Of a DNA stretch of 64,000 bases, positions 40,515 to 51,363 are shown piece by piece (positions within the stretch are counted from its first letter, which is position 1; each line of letters starts with the position of its first letter). The translations under genes were made by a program, and so were the position numbers. The DNA lies in the NCBI GenBank assembly GCA_965226495.1, contig OZ245365.1, positions 1,088,001 to 1,152,000 on the forward strand, in the 5' to 3' direction. This DNA comes from Candidatus Marinacidobacterales bacterium. Its GTDB lineage: Bacteria > Acidobacteriota > Vicinamibacteria > Marinacidobacterales > DATDRI01. The notes under the pieces are model-generated. The model made no database searches, had not been told where the DNA came from, and saw nothing but the letters and a program-made list of their open reading frames with translations.

Positions 40515-41454
40515 ATGAAACGTTGTGCGGGTCTTACGCTTGGGCTTTTACTGTTTGCATTCGCGACATTTGCCGATAACGAGAAAGTGCCTTTGGATTC
40601 CGATCGTTGGGAAATCGAGGCCGAGGAATGGCGCATCGAGGAGCATCTCGGTGAGTCGAGTCTATTTTTGAAGGGTGGCGTTGCGGCCATCAAAGATTCG
40701 GTCTTCACGGACGGTATTATCGAGTTCGACATCGCGTTCCCGGAAGATCGGAACTTCGTGGGAGCCATGTGGCGTTTTCAGGGCGAGGAGAACTTCGAGG
40801 ACTTCTACATAAGGCCTCATCAGTCCGGTAATCCGGACGCGACTCAGTATACGCCGGTCTTCAATGGCATTTCCGGTTGGCAGCTCTATCACGGGGAAGG
40901 CTACGCCGCGCCGGTCGAGTATCGGTTCGACGAGTGGATTCACGTGAAGATTGTGATCTCCGGAAGCCAGGGCGAGATCTACATTGGTGAAGGGGGCGAG
41001 CCGGCTCTCGTGATGCACGAGCTCAAACGTCGGGTTGCGTCAGGTAAGGTGGGACTGAGAGCAGGAAATCGGGCCGTCACTCACTTCGCCAACTTCAGCT
41101 TCCAAGCCGTAGAGAATCCGTCCCTGAAGGGTCGCCCCAAGCACCCGGAACCGGCCCCCGAAGGCACCGTCATGGCCTGGTCTGTCTCGAGCTCGTTCGC
41201 CGAGAGCGATCTCGAAGGCGAATACGACCTCGCCGACCCGCAGACGTTATCTCAACGGTCGCTTGATCTTCGCGGGAACGGATCCTTACCGGTCACGCGA
41301 CTACCGCTTCTTGGGCTCGCTCGGGGATTTCGACGCATTGTATCTGCCACTCGAGGAGGGTGAGAACGAGCTTTGGATGGCGGTTACCGAGAGCTTTGGT
41401 GGCTGGGGAATCAAAGCCAGGTTCGATGACGTCGATGGGATCGAAATAGAATAG
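40515..41454 (+). pseudogene. Secreted DUF1080/lectin-like protein with internal deletion/frameshift near 41245
   Basis: AAGGAG RBS, signal peptide, FTDGIIEFDI, FYIRPHQSGNPDA.QYTP. The C-terminal YLNGRLIFAG...GENELWMAVTESFGGWG lies in another frame. Confidence 0.65.
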
Positions 41455-41462
41455 GGGGCGGT

Positions 41463-42992
41463 TCAGTTTCGAGAGCGCCAACTCGTGACGAAGACGCCGA
41501 CGAGGAAAATGGTCAGCGTTCCCACCACGATGATCATGTTCGCGTGGAAGGGGCTCCGGAGGTAGGACTCGTCTGGAAGATGTGGCGAGAACGTCATCCA
41601 GAAGATGACGAGCACTCCGGCGACAACCGCCGTGACCGCCGCTGGCCGATCGGCCCGACGAGAGATGAACCCCAGGAGGAACAGTCCGAGCACACCTCCG
41701 GCGAAAATGCCGGAGAGAGTCCACCAAGCATCAAGGAGACTCTTCACGCCGATCATCGCGAGCGCGACACCGACTCCCAACACGCCCATCACCACCGTAG
41801 CGGCGTAAAGGACACGCATCGCCTCTCGTTCGCTCACGGTGCGCTGAAGCCACCCTCGATAAAGATCGGACAGAATGACTGTCGCCGAGCTATTCAGGCT
41901 GGTGTCGATGCTGCTCATCGCTGCCGCTAGGAGAGCCGCGATCAGCAGACCCGCCAAACCGGGTGGGAGTTCTCGAGCGATGAAGTGAGGAAAGACACGG
42001 TCGCCGAGCCCCTCTTTAGTCAACTCTGTTAACTCTGCCGGTTCCTCGTTAAGCGTGTCGGACTGCGTCACGACCTCGTGCCGTAGTTGTTCTTTCAGAT
42101 CCGGGCGGGCCTCGTAGTAGGCGAAGAGGCCAGACCCAATAAGAAAGAACACCAAAGAGATCGGGACGTACAAGAGAGCGGCCAGCCACACCGCGCGAGC
42201 CGCCTCTCGATCGCTGCGTGCGGTGTGGTAGCGCTGCACGAAGCTCTGATCGATACCGAAATTGCTGAGGTTGATGAAGACTCCATAGAGGAGCACGACC
42301 CAGAATGTCGAGGTCGTGAAGTCGAAGGCCAAGCTACCGAGGCCGAACTTGCCTTCCCGCGAAGCGATCTCGAACAGTTGGCCAGGGCCTTCGGGCATAC
42401 CGAAAAGCAGCATCGCCACCACGAGCAGGGCACCGAGCGAGAGCACCAGGCTCTGTGCGACGTCGGTCCAGATGACGGCCTCGATCCCACCGAGAAGCGT
42501 GTAAAGCGTCACAAGCGCGCCGGTGGCCACGATAATCGTTTCGATCGACCACCCGGTGAGAGCCGCGACGGCGATTCCGCCGCCGAACAGGATCGCTCCC
42601 ATCCTGGCGAGTTGGGTCAGTAGGTAGCAGAGCATCGCGTAGACGCGAGCCCATCGCCCAAAGCGTCGTTCGAGATGCGTGTAGGCGGAGATTTCGCCGG
42701 TGTCTCGATAGAAGGGAACGAAATATTTCGTTGCGACCCATGCCGCGAACGGTAGAGATAGGCTGAAGACGAAGGAGTTCCAGTTCGAGGCATAGGCTTT
42801 CCCGGGAACTCCGAGAAACGTGTTGCTGCTGAGATAGGTTCCAAAAAGAGAAAGACCGACCGCCCAACCCGGCAAGGCCCCACCGGCAGCGGTAAATTCG
42901 TGCGCAGTCCGGCTGCGGCGGTAGAGCACACTTCCGAGCGTGACGATGCCGATGGTGTAGATTGCGAGAACGAGGAAGTCGAGAGTGGCCAT
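41463..42992 (-). CDS. Sodium:solute symporter (SSS family)
   Basis: GLSLFGTYLS..TFLG.PG, SAYTHLERRFG, YTLLGGIEAVIWTD, DQSFVQRY, AAAMSSIDTSLNS. Confidence 0.93.
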   Translation of the reverse strand: MATLDFLVLAIYTIGIVTLGSVLYRRSRTAHEFTAAGGALPGWAVGLSLFGTYLSSNTFLGVPGKAYASNWNSFVFSLSLPFAAWVATKYFVPFYRDTGEISAYTHLERRFGRWARVYAMLCYLLTQLARMGAILFGGGIAVAALTGWSIETIIVATGALVTLYTLLGGIEAVIWTDVAQSLVLSLGALLVVAMLLFGMPEGPGQLFEIASREGKFGLGSLAFDFTTSTFWVVLLYGVFINLSNFGIDQSFVQRYHTARSDREAARAVWLAALLYVPISLVFFLIGSGLFAYYEARPDLKEQLRHEVVTQSDTLNEEPAELTELTKEGLGDRVFPHFIARELPPGLAGLLIAALLAAAMSSIDTSLNSSATVILSDLYRGWLQRTVSEREAMRVLYAATVVMGVLGVGVALAMIGVKSLLDAWWTLSGIFAGGVLGLFLLGFISRRADRPAAVTAVVAGVLVIFWMTFSPHLPDESYLRSPFHANMIIVVGTLTIFLVGVFVTSWRSRN

Positions 42993-43008
42993 CTTTTTTA
43001 GTCAGTGC

Positions 43009-43030
43009 GCGCGGGGCCCCACCCCCACGC
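43009..43030. repeat. REP-like 22-mer GCGCGGGGCCCCACCCCCACGC (copy 1)
   Basis: Exact reverse-complement copy at 53546-53567. Both copies are intergenic. Confidence 0.85.
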
Positions 43031-43175
43031 GCTCACGCTCCGCGGCCTCGCTTTCGGCTTCGCAACCTGGGTCGCTCGCCGCTGCGCGTGGGCTCAAGGC
43101 TGTTTACCGCGTCTGAATTGTAACCTCTGGGCGGCGTGGTAGAGTAGGCGGAAATAGCGAGTCGGGAGGGGTTAG

Positions 43176-43676
43176 ATGTCTACAGACACGCTCTGTGATC
43201 GCTACCGCAGCTGGTTCGATTACGAGGCCCGGGCCCATGAAAAGGTGCTGCGGTCGCTGCACTCCGTGCCCGCCTCTCATCGCGACGCGCCGGAGTTCCA
43301 AAAGGCTCTAGAACTGGTGGGACACATCGTCGCGGCGCGGTGGCTATGGCTCAATCGGTTCGGCGTCGTTGAGAGTGTCCCAACCCAGCTCTTTCCAGCG
43401 GATGTCGCTCTCGAGGAGTTGGACTCGCTCGTTGACGAGATGCATATCGTTTGGACTGCGTATCTCAGCCGTCTGGACTCGACGGAGCTCGAGAGAGAAT
43501 TCGAGTATCAGAGCATGGAGGGGCCGCGGTTTCGAAATACTATCGAGGATCTTCTGACGCAGCTCTTCGGCCACTCTTGGTATCATCGAGGGCAAATCGC
43601 CGCACTGGTCCGGTTGTTGGGAGGCAAGCCGGCCGGAACGGATTACGTGTTTTGGAGACGCCAGCGAATCGATTGA
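43176..43676 (+). CDS. DinB/YfiT family protein
   Basis: HIVAA..LWL.R and HSWYHRGQIA..VR.LGG.P..TDY. Confidence 0.9.
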   Translation: MSTDTLCDRYRSWFDYEARAHEKVLRSLHSVPASHRDAPEFQKALELVGHIVAARWLWLNRFGVVESVPTQLFPADVALEELDSLVDEMHIVWTAYLSRLDSTELEREFEYQSMEGPRFRNTIEDLLTQLFGHSWYHRGQIAALVRLLGGKPAGTDYVFWRRQRID

Positions 43677-43680
43677 GGAG

Positions 43681-44778
43681 ATGATGATGGCAGAGTCGGA
43701 CCTTTCCAGTAAGCGAGACGCGTTCATCGAGCGACTGGTCGAATCGTTGAGGGGCACGTTCGATATCTTCAGCGCCTACATCGGCGTGAAGCTCGGTCTA
43801 TACGAGTCTCTCGCCGAGGCAGGGCCGTCGACTTCCGTCGAGCTTGCGTCTCGAACCTCCACGCACGAACGCTACATCCGCGAATGGCTGGAGCAACAGG
43901 CCGTCACAGGAATCCTCGATGTCGATGACGAGAAAGCGGCGGCAACTGCACGGCGGTTCAGTCTTCCGGAGGCACATGCCGAGGTTCTCGTCGATCGCGA
44001 GAGCTTGAACTACCTCGCGCCCCTTCCGCAGCTCTTGGTCGGCGCGGTTAGCCCACTAAGGCGATTGCTCGAAGCGTATCGCAAGGGCGGGGGAGTGCCG
44101 TATGCGGACTACGGCGACGATATGGTGAAGGGGCAGGAAGGCATCAACCGCACGATGTTCCTGCAGGAACTCGGTAAAGTTTGGTTACCTGCCATCACCG
44201 ACCTCCACCAGCGCTTGGAATCAGACCCCCCGGGGCGGGTCGCCGATGTCGGTTGCGGTACCGGGTGGTCCGCGATCGGCATTGCGCAAAGTTATCCGAA
44301 GGTACGGGTGGACGGGTTCGACCTGGACGAGGCATCGGTCGAAATCGCTCGTGCCAACGGGCGGGAGGCGGGTCTCTCCGATCGCGTGCAGTTTCATGTC
44401 CGCGATGCCGCGGATCCACATCTCGCCGGTCGCTACGACTTGGTGACCGCTTTCGAGTGCATCCATGACATGTCTCGACCGGTGGAGGGTCTCAAGGCGA
44501 TGCGCAGTCTCGCTGGAGACGACGGGACGGTTTTGGTCGTCGACGAACGGGTCGGGGAAGAATTCTCTACAAAGGATAATGGGATCGACTGGATGATGTA
44601 CGGCTGGAGCATTTTTCACTGCCTTCCGGTTGGAAAAGTGGATGAGCCATCCGCCGAGACCGGGACGGTCATGCGCCCACCGGTTTTCAGGCGTTATGCC
44701 GAGGAGGCCGGTTTTAAGAGTGTAGAAATCTTGCCGATCGAGAGTCTTTTCTTTCGATTCTATCGTCTCGTTCCGTAA
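43681..44778 (+). CDS. Class I SAM-dependent methyltransferase with N-terminal winged HTH (Rv2258c-like)
   Basis: G.KLGLY, ERYIREWL, VADVGCGTGW, YDLVTAFECIHD. Confidence 0.92.
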   Translation: MMMAESDLSSKRDAFIERLVESLRGTFDIFSAYIGVKLGLYESLAEAGPSTSVELASRTSTHERYIREWLEQQAVTGILDVDDEKAAATARRFSLPEAHAEVLVDRESLNYLAPLPQLLVGAVSPLRRLLEAYRKGGGVPYADYGDDMVKGQEGINRTMFLQELGKVWLPAITDLHQRLESDPPGRVADVGCGTGWSAIGIAQSYPKVRVDGFDLDEASVEIARANGREAGLSDRVQFHVRDAADPHLAGRYDLVTAFECIHDMSRPVEGLKAMRSLAGDDGTVLVVDERVGEEFSTKDNGIDWMMYGWSIFHCLPVGKVDEPSAETGTVMRPPVFRRYAEEAGFKSVEILPIESLFFRFYRLVP

Positions 44779-45817
44779 AGTTGGGTTTTGCCGAACAATC
44801 TTTCCTTCAACGGTTTCTTACTTGGTTTCTTTCTCGTTGGCGAAGTAATCCTCGCCGGGTGCGGATCGCAAGATGCTCACATCGCATATGACCTTGTCGA
44901 GCATCTCCCAAGCGCCGTTGTCATTAGAGAGAGCCCTCTTCTGGACTTCGGCTCAGGCTCGAGTCGGGCTCTCCTTTACGCGGGCTGGTCCCGGGATGAG
45001 GTCGCCGCCGACGGAACGACGTTTGTTTGGGGGGTAGGGGAGGGGTCGTCTCTAAACTTTTTTCTGGCCGAGCCACGCGACCTTGCTCTGACTTTCCGTT
45101 GTTGGCCCTTTTCGTATCCGGGCGCACCTTCCCAGACACTGACTTTGTGGATCAATGGCCACGATGTCGGCGGTCTGGAGCTCGGAGCGACGGCCTTGGA
45201 GTATAGGATCGAAGTCCACGCGGCAGACCTCATTTCTGGCACCAACCAGCTCGAGATTGCGTACGGCCATCACCGCTCTCCGAGCGAAGTGCTTCCTGGG
45301 GCCACTGACGATCGAGGTCTTGCAGTTGGTTGGGATTGGCTTCGCATTGGAGAAGCGGCTCCCGCGCGCGCGCCGTTCGCCAGAGGCGATGGGCGAATCG
45401 CATCGGTGATGCTTCCAAACCATCTGCGACTCGAGTACCAATTGGATGTCCCCGCCGAAAGCTCGTTGGTTATCGAAAGCGTGGGGTTTTGGGGCTCCAA
45501 CGAGGAAGCGGAAACGACCAACCTTCAGGTCACCGTTCAAACAATGAACGCGCGGACGGAGGAGCACTTCGAAATTCCCGGGCATGTGGACCTTCCGATA
45601 TCGGTAGCATCGTCGCAGCGCCTGGTCTTGTCCTTTCAGACCCGCGGAGAGCCGGGAGCACCCGGAGCCGATGCCGGCATTCGTCTCCTGCGGCCGACCA
45701 TCCGTTCTGCGTCGTGGCCGGAGTCGAGTGAAACCCCTCTCCGCCCGTCCGGGCGGCCGAACATTCTGCTTTATGTAATCGATACCCTGCGTGCGGACCA
45801 TTTGGGTTGTTACGGGT

Positions 45818-46895
45818 CGCGAATTCATAAAGTAAGTGCAACACAGCTCCCGGATGAGGTGACCTGGAATGTGCCACGATTCCTCAAACAACCAAGAATG
45901 GGGACTCGCTAATGACTTATTACCAGATCACCTCGGAAGAACGCTACACCATCGCGGCGCTGCGACGGGAGGGATTTTGCTCGGCCGAGATCGCGCGGCG
46001 CCTGGGGCGCCACCGGAGCACCATCTCGAGAGAGGTCAGGAGGAACAGCTCACCTAGTGATGGATGCTACCGGCCGAGCAAGGCCATCGAGAGAACGAAC
46101 GGACGACGCTCGCGGTCTCGCCGGAACCAGTACTTCACAAAGGCCGACTTTGCCCTGGTGGAGAAGAAGCTTAAGGCCGACTGGAGCCCAGAGCAGATCT
46201 CCGGCCACCTGCGCCTTCACGGCGAGCTCTCGATCAGCCACGAGACGATCTACACCCACGTTTGGCGGGACAAGGAGGCCGGAGGACATCTATACCGCCA
46301 CCTTCGATGCTCGCCCAAACTTAGACGCAAGCGCCACAACAGCTACGACAGCCGAGGCCGCCTGGCCGGGAAGCGTCACATCTCCGAGCGGCCGTCTTGT
46401 ATCGACAAGCGCCGTGCCGTTGGCCACTGGGAGATTGACACCGTGGTAGGAAAAGACGCGCCGGACTGCGTCACCACGCTCGTGGAACGAAAGACGGGCT
46501 ATGCGCTGATCGGCAAACTGTCCGACCGCAGCATGTTCGGCACTAGCCAGCGAACGAAGATGTTGCTCCGGCGGGTGCCGGATCAGGTCAAGACCATCAC
46601 CGCGGACAATGGCACGGAGTTCCACGACTACGAATCCGTCGAGGAAGCGACCGGCGTCAAGTTCTACTTTGCAACTCCCTATCACTCATGGGAGAGAGGC
46701 AGCAACGAGAACTTCAATGGATTGCTACGACAATACCTGCCGAAGCGCACCAGCCAAGCAGCGCTCACGCAACGCCACTGCGATGGTATCGCAAAGAAGC
46801 TCAACACACGGCCCCGCAAGAGGCTCGGTTACCGCACACCGGAGGAACGTTTCCATGGGAACTAACGAATGGTGCGCTTCAAACTTGAAGTCACA
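45818..46895 (+). mobile_element. Complete IS30-family insertion sequence (1078 bp) with 3-bp GGT target duplication
   Basis: Imperfect IRs CGCGAATTCATAAAGTAAGTGCAAC / GGTGCGCTTCAAACTTGAAGTCACA. GGT at 45815-45817 and 46896-46898. Confidence 0.9.
45912..46865 (+). CDS. IS30-family transposase
   Basis: HTH IARRLGRHRSTISRE, WSPEQI, GHWEIDTV, TADNGTEF, WERGSNEN.NGLLRQY.PK. Confidence 0.96.
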   Translation: MTYYQITSEERYTIAALRREGFCSAEIARRLGRHRSTISREVRRNSSPSDGCYRPSKAIERTNGRRSRSRRNQYFTKADFALVEKKLKADWSPEQISGHLRLHGELSISHETIYTHVWRDKEAGGHLYRHLRCSPKLRRKRHNSYDSRGRLAGKRHISERPSCIDKRRAVGHWEIDTVVGKDAPDCVTTLVERKTGYALIGKLSDRSMFGTSQRTKMLLRRVPDQVKTITADNGTEFHDYESVEEATGVKFYFATPYHSWERGSNENFNGLLRQYLPKRTSQAALTQRHCDGIAKKLNTRPRKRLGYRTPEERFHGN

Positions 46896-48083
46896 GGTCT
46901 TCGAGTCCGACGCCGCGGATCGATGCCTTCGCGGGGCAGGCGACGCTCTTCGAGACGGCGTATGCGCAATCGTCTTGGACCAAGTCATCGGTGGCTTCGA
47001 TCATGTCGGGGCTTCTGCCGCGCGCGCACGCCGCCAACCGGCGCGAGGATGCCTTGCCTCCTGGAATCGACACGCTGGCTGAGCGGCTGGATCGATCGGG
47101 ATACGCCAGAGCCGGTTTCGTTACCAACCCGAACCTCGCGTCGGCCTTTGGTTTCGATCAAGGGTTCGAGACATACGAGCTTCTTGTCGAGGAAGACCCA
47201 CAGCGAGGCTACGTCCGTTCGGATGCACTTAACCGCCGCGCCATCGAATGGCTCGAGAACCGCAGCACGACCGAGCCATTCTTCCTCTATATGCATTCGA
47301 TGGATCCTCATGATCCCTATCTTTCTGGGGCTTCCCGAGCAGAGCCGGCGGACGGGATCGGCACGATGGCATTTATGACTGCTCTCGAGGATGGGCGAAT
47401 CGATTCTTCTGCAGAGATCCATACGAGGCTGATGGAACTGTATGATTCAGAGATCGCGTTCAACGATCAACACTTCGGCGAGCTGCTGGATTGGTTGAAG
47501 CGCGTCGGCCTGTACGAACCAACGCTTATTGTGCTCGTCTCCGACCACGGCGAAGAGTTCGACGACCACGGTTGGTGGCGTCATGGCAAGACGCTCTACC
47601 GGGAGCAGCTCGAGATCCCACTCATCGTGAAGTGGCCGGGAGGGCATGATGTAGGCGTTCGCCGTGAGGACGTTGCTCAGCACGTCGATTTGTTGCCGAC
47701 GTTGATGCGGCACATTGGCGGGGAGTCGACTAGCGATCTTCACGGACGAAGTCTTTGGAGCCGGCAGACCAGCCCCGCAGTGTTCAGCTACCTCAATCTG
47801 GATGGACGCGAGCTGGAAAGCGTCGTCTACCGAGACCAGAAGCTCATCCGGTATCTTTCCTTCGATCGGCCGCGGTCGCCCCTCCAGGTTTTCGATCTCG
47901 CCTCGGATGGAGCGGAGTCCCGAGACCTGGCGCCTGAGCGACCCCTTCCAGCATCCTTTCTGGCGAGGCTTCTCGCACATTCGAGAAGTTTGTCCGGGAC
48001 GCGAGTCCCGGTGCCGGCGACGATCGACGAGTCACTCGAGGAGAAACTTCGGGCGCTCGGCTATCTGCGGTAGTTCTGATGGG

Positions 48084-50585
48084 TCAGCGCACTTCGATCC
48101 AGTCGACCCTCACGCCTAGGTCGCGGATGTCGGATGACCCCGGAATCAAGTTGGCGGGGCGCCAGAGCTTGGTGTCCAATCGGAGAATCGCATAGGAGTC
48201 GTCTCGGCCCGCCGTTAACTCTGGCGGGAGCTCCACGTGATACGTCTGGAACTGGCGTGCCGGTTGAAACGTCGCAAGAGTCTCATCATCCAGGGAGACG
48301 GTGACCGGATAAAGTGGTGCTTCCGTCTGCTCGGGCCCCGCTACCCTTAGCAGAATCTCTCTGCTGTTTGGACCGACCGACGGGAGGAAGACGCTCGACG
48401 TTTTTTGACTCCACCGGTAACTGATTCCGTCCGGTCCGAGCTCCTTTTCGAAGAACCACGCCACCAGTTGATCATCGCTCCCGCCGACGTCGACCAGATT
48501 GAGTTTGGGCATCCGCTCGGCCAGCTCCGCGACATCGACCGCTTTGGATAGCGTGAACCGGAGATGGAAGGGTTTCGGGCCGGTCGGTGGGTGCGTGTAG
48601 GCGAACTCGTAGTGCTGCGTGCCGAAAGAAAAGTCCTTGACGTGTTCGGTGAAGAGTCCGGAAAGTGAGATCTTATAATTGGTCACGAAGTAGATGTCCT
48701 CGTACTCATCGCGCCATTTTGCGATGAGGCTCTCCAGCGAGCCGCGGTCCGGCTTCAGTCCGTAGAACTCCAGGACGTTTTTTCCCTCGAGCTGGGAAAG
48801 TGGAAGCTCCAAAAGGTGTAGGCCCTCTTTACGGGGAAAGATGACGATGTCGCGATCGCCGATGTGCCGAGCCAGCTCCCTTACAAAATGGAGGCTACCG
48901 GGGAACTCCTCGTGTCCCCAGAGGGGCCGTCCGGCGACAAAGTAGGAAACAAGAAGGAGCGATCCAATGATGCGCGGTGCCCAACTCCCGATCCATCCTT
49001 TGGTGCCCCGCAAACTGACCAAGAAAACCGCGATGCAAGCAAAAAGGGTCGGAAGGATTACTGGGATGAAGCGCCGCATCGCGAAGTAGTGATCGTGCCA
49101 GACGCGGACCTTGTAGAAAAAGAAGAGCGAGAACGTCAGACCGACGAGGACGAAGAGGGCTTGACGGCGTTCGCTGCGTGCCAGGAGGAACATCGCGCCT
49201 GCCACGACGAGCGCGAGCCCCACCGGGTAGAGGTACCACCCCATGCGAAGAAACGCTTCGGCATCATGCGGTGCGGTGCGCAGGCCATGCCAAATCGGGC
49301 GGATGAAATACGCGTAGAGTGCCAGCACGAAGATCGACATCGCGGCTGCAATGCGAGCCTTCTTACTCTCGATCAGTGGGGCAATGCGTGGAACCACCTT
49401 TGTCCCCAGCCGGTCGATGAGCAAGAAAACCACCGCCGAGGACGATGCGAAGACCGCGATGTTCTCGAAAAAGATGCGCCAGTAGTGTCGACCAAGAACG
49501 TTCGACACATAGGGCCAGGCGAAAAACCGGCCGTGGAACGCGGCGTGGAGTGCGATGAGCGAGAACGCGCCAAGGAAGGCGAGCTCGGGCGTGCCCAGAT
49601 CTCTGCGCAGCCTTCGCCAGCCGAGATAAAGGCCGAGCGGCAGAAGGAAAAGAAGATTTTCCATGCGCACCAGCAGCGTGGCCCCGAAGGCCGCTCCGCT
49701 GAGAAGCCCGGCCACGCTCGAGCGCTTTTCATCCATGAAATAGAAGGTCAGGAGTCCGGTCACGTAAAGAAACTGGACCAAAATCTCAGCGTTCGGAAAC
49801 CGGGCAAACCAGATTTGGATCTGGAAAACGGCCATCATTCCCGATGCCCAGAGGGCGACCTCGGTGTTGAAGAGTCGTCGTAGTGCGAAGAAGAATCCGG
49901 CCACCCCCATGAGGGCGAAGAATGGCGTCGCGTAGAGACCGGCCTTCATCTCGAAGAGCTGTGACGCGATTCCGATCCAAACCGGATAGAGATGCAATCC
50001 CTGTGGTGAGATGTGCCCGCTGTCGGGGCTATCCATGTGGAATCCGAGAAACCTTGGTTGGCTCCAGGGCGGAAGATCCTTGTCGACGCGAAAGAAGAGA
50101 TCTCGCTCCTCTTCGGGAACGCTCAACACGACGGGATCGACGTAGGTGAGGTTACCCTCACGAGCGAGATGGAATCCTGTGTTGACATAGACTCCGGGAT
50201 CCCGCCCTCCGAGAATGTACTCGTAAGGTGGAAAATAAACGGCCACGCCGAAGCCGATGAGGCATACCAGGACCGCGAGCTCGTCCCGTCTCAGTGCACC
50301 GGGGCGTAGCGACAGGTGCTTGCGGGTGAGCAACGCTCCAACCAGAAGGAACAGAGTGAGACCACCCACAGCGGTAGCCACTCTGACGGCGGAGAAATGA
50401 CCTAGCTCGGCGACTAGCAATCCCGCCCAGCCCGAGAGCACGAGACTTCCCGCGAGCACCAGATAGATTTGTTCGCCGAAAGTCAGTTCCAACGTCTTCT
50501 TGCGTGCGTTGAGCGCCGCGACCAGGACTAGGCCGGGCGCCAAGAACAGTATGAGTGTGGATAGCGTGGCGGTGACCGGGTGCAT
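48084..50585 (-). CDS. GT-C fold polytopic glycosyltransferase (PMT/ArnT/GT39-like)
   Basis: Many TM helices, GGRDPGVY loop after an early TM, QIWFARFPNAE, RRFIP, and a periplasmic C-terminal domain. Confidence 0.75.
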   Translation of the reverse strand: MHPVTATLSTLILFLAPGLVLVAALNARKKTLELTFGEQIYLVLAGSLVLSGWAGLLVAELGHFSAVRVATAVGGLTLFLLVGALLTRKHLSLRPGALRRDELAVLVCLIGFGVAVYFPPYEYILGGRDPGVYVNTGFHLAREGNLTYVDPVVLSVPEEERDLFFRVDKDLPPWSQPRFLGFHMDSPDSGHISPQGLHLYPVWIGIASQLFEMKAGLYATPFFALMGVAGFFFALRRLFNTEVALWASGMMAVFQIQIWFARFPNAEILVQFLYVTGLLTFYFMDEKRSSVAGLLSGAAFGATLLVRMENLLFLLPLGLYLGWRRLRRDLGTPELAFLGAFSLIALHAAFHGRFFAWPYVSNVLGRHYWRIFFENIAVFASSSAVVFLLIDRLGTKVVPRIAPLIESKKARIAAAMSIFVLALYAYFIRPIWHGLRTAPHDAEAFLRMGWYLYPVGLALVVAGAMFLLARSERRQALFVLVGLTFSLFFFYKVRVWHDHYFAMRRFIPVILPTLFACIAVFLVSLRGTKGWIGSWAPRIIGSLLLVSYFVAGRPLWGHEEFPGSLHFVRELARHIGDRDIVIFPRKEGLHLLELPLSQLEGKNVLEFYGLKPDRGSLESLIAKWRDEYEDIYFVTNYKISLSGLFTEHVKDFSFGTQHYEFAYTHPPTGPKPFHLRFTLSKAVDVAELAERMPKLNLVDVGGSDDQLVAWFFEKELGPDGISYRWSQKTSSVFLPSVGPNSREILLRVAGPEQTEAPLYPVTVSLDDETLATFQPARQFQTYHVELPPELTAGRDDSYAILRLDTKLWRPANLIPGSSDIRDLGVRVDWIEVR

Positions 50586-50600
50586 GCGCGATCTCGGAAG

Positions 50601-51350
50601 TTAGGGCCTTGCCATCAAGCCGCCGTCGACGACGAGCTCGGTTCCAGTAATGAAACTAGCGTCGTCGGAGAGAAGGAACACGCAGGCGTTCGCCATGTCC
50701 TGCGGCGTACCGACGCGTTTGAGGGGGACGGTGGTGGCAATGGCTTTTTGGGCCTCCTCGTCTCCCTCCCAGCGCTGTTGCATCGGTGTCAAGGTCGGTC
50801 CGGGTAATAGTGCGTTCGATCGAATCCGGTCCGGACCGAACTGAATCGCCAAAGACTTGGAGAGCGACAGGACGGCACCCTTCGAGGCCTGATAGGCGTC
50901 TTGGGGCACGCTGTCTCCGCGAAGGCATTGAATGCTCGAGATGTGCACCATCGCGCCGCTGCCCGTCTTCTTCATTAGGGGGACGGCATGTCGTGCTGTA
51001 TGAACCATCGACTTTAAGTTTATCGCGAGGACTTGATCCCAGACGTTGAGGTCAATCTCCACCGCGGACTTGTCTCGCCCCAGCCATAGGACACCGGCGG
51101 CGTTGGCTAGATAATCCAGCCGTCCTCGTTTTTCGAAGGCGTCTCGCATCGAGTGGGCGACCGTGTCTTCCGAGGTTACGTCTCCTTGAACGTAGTGAAA
51201 TGAACCCTGCCAGTCCGCGACTTCCGAAGGCTGTGCTTTGATATCGACCATCAAGACGTGCGTACCGCGCCGAACGAGCTCGCGGGAAATGGCCAGGCCC
51301 ATGCCCCCGCCCGCTCCCGTTACAAATGCGGTTTTCGCCTCGAAGCTCAT
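50601..51350 (-). CDS. SDR family oxidoreductase
   Basis: TGAGGGMG, NAAG, YQASK, ITGTELVVDGG. ATG follows a GAGGAG RBS. Confidence 0.93.
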   Translation of the reverse strand: MSFEAKTAFVTGAGGGMGLAISRELVRRGTHVLMVDIKAQPSEVADWQGSFHYVQGDVTSEDTVAHSMRDAFEKRGRLDYLANAAGVLWLGRDKSAVEIDLNVWDQVLAINLKSMVHTARHAVPLMKKTGSGAMVHISSIQCLRGDSVPQDAYQASKGAVLSLSKSLAIQFGPDRIRSNALLPGPTLTPMQQRWEGDEEAQKAIATTVPLKRVGTPQDMANACVFLLSDDASFITGTELVVDGGLMARP

Positions 51351-51363
51351 CTTCGTGATCTCC

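Larger units (their letters stand above)
44788..48073 (+). pseudogene. Sulfatase-like hydrolase/transferase interrupted by IS30
   Basis: RPNILLYVIDTLRADHLGCYG before the IS; SSSPTPRID...AQSSWTKSSVASIMSG, DPHDPY, SDHGEEF..HG, EKLRALGY after it. Excising the IS and one GGT restores the frame (TAC GGG TCT TCG). Confidence 0.9.
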
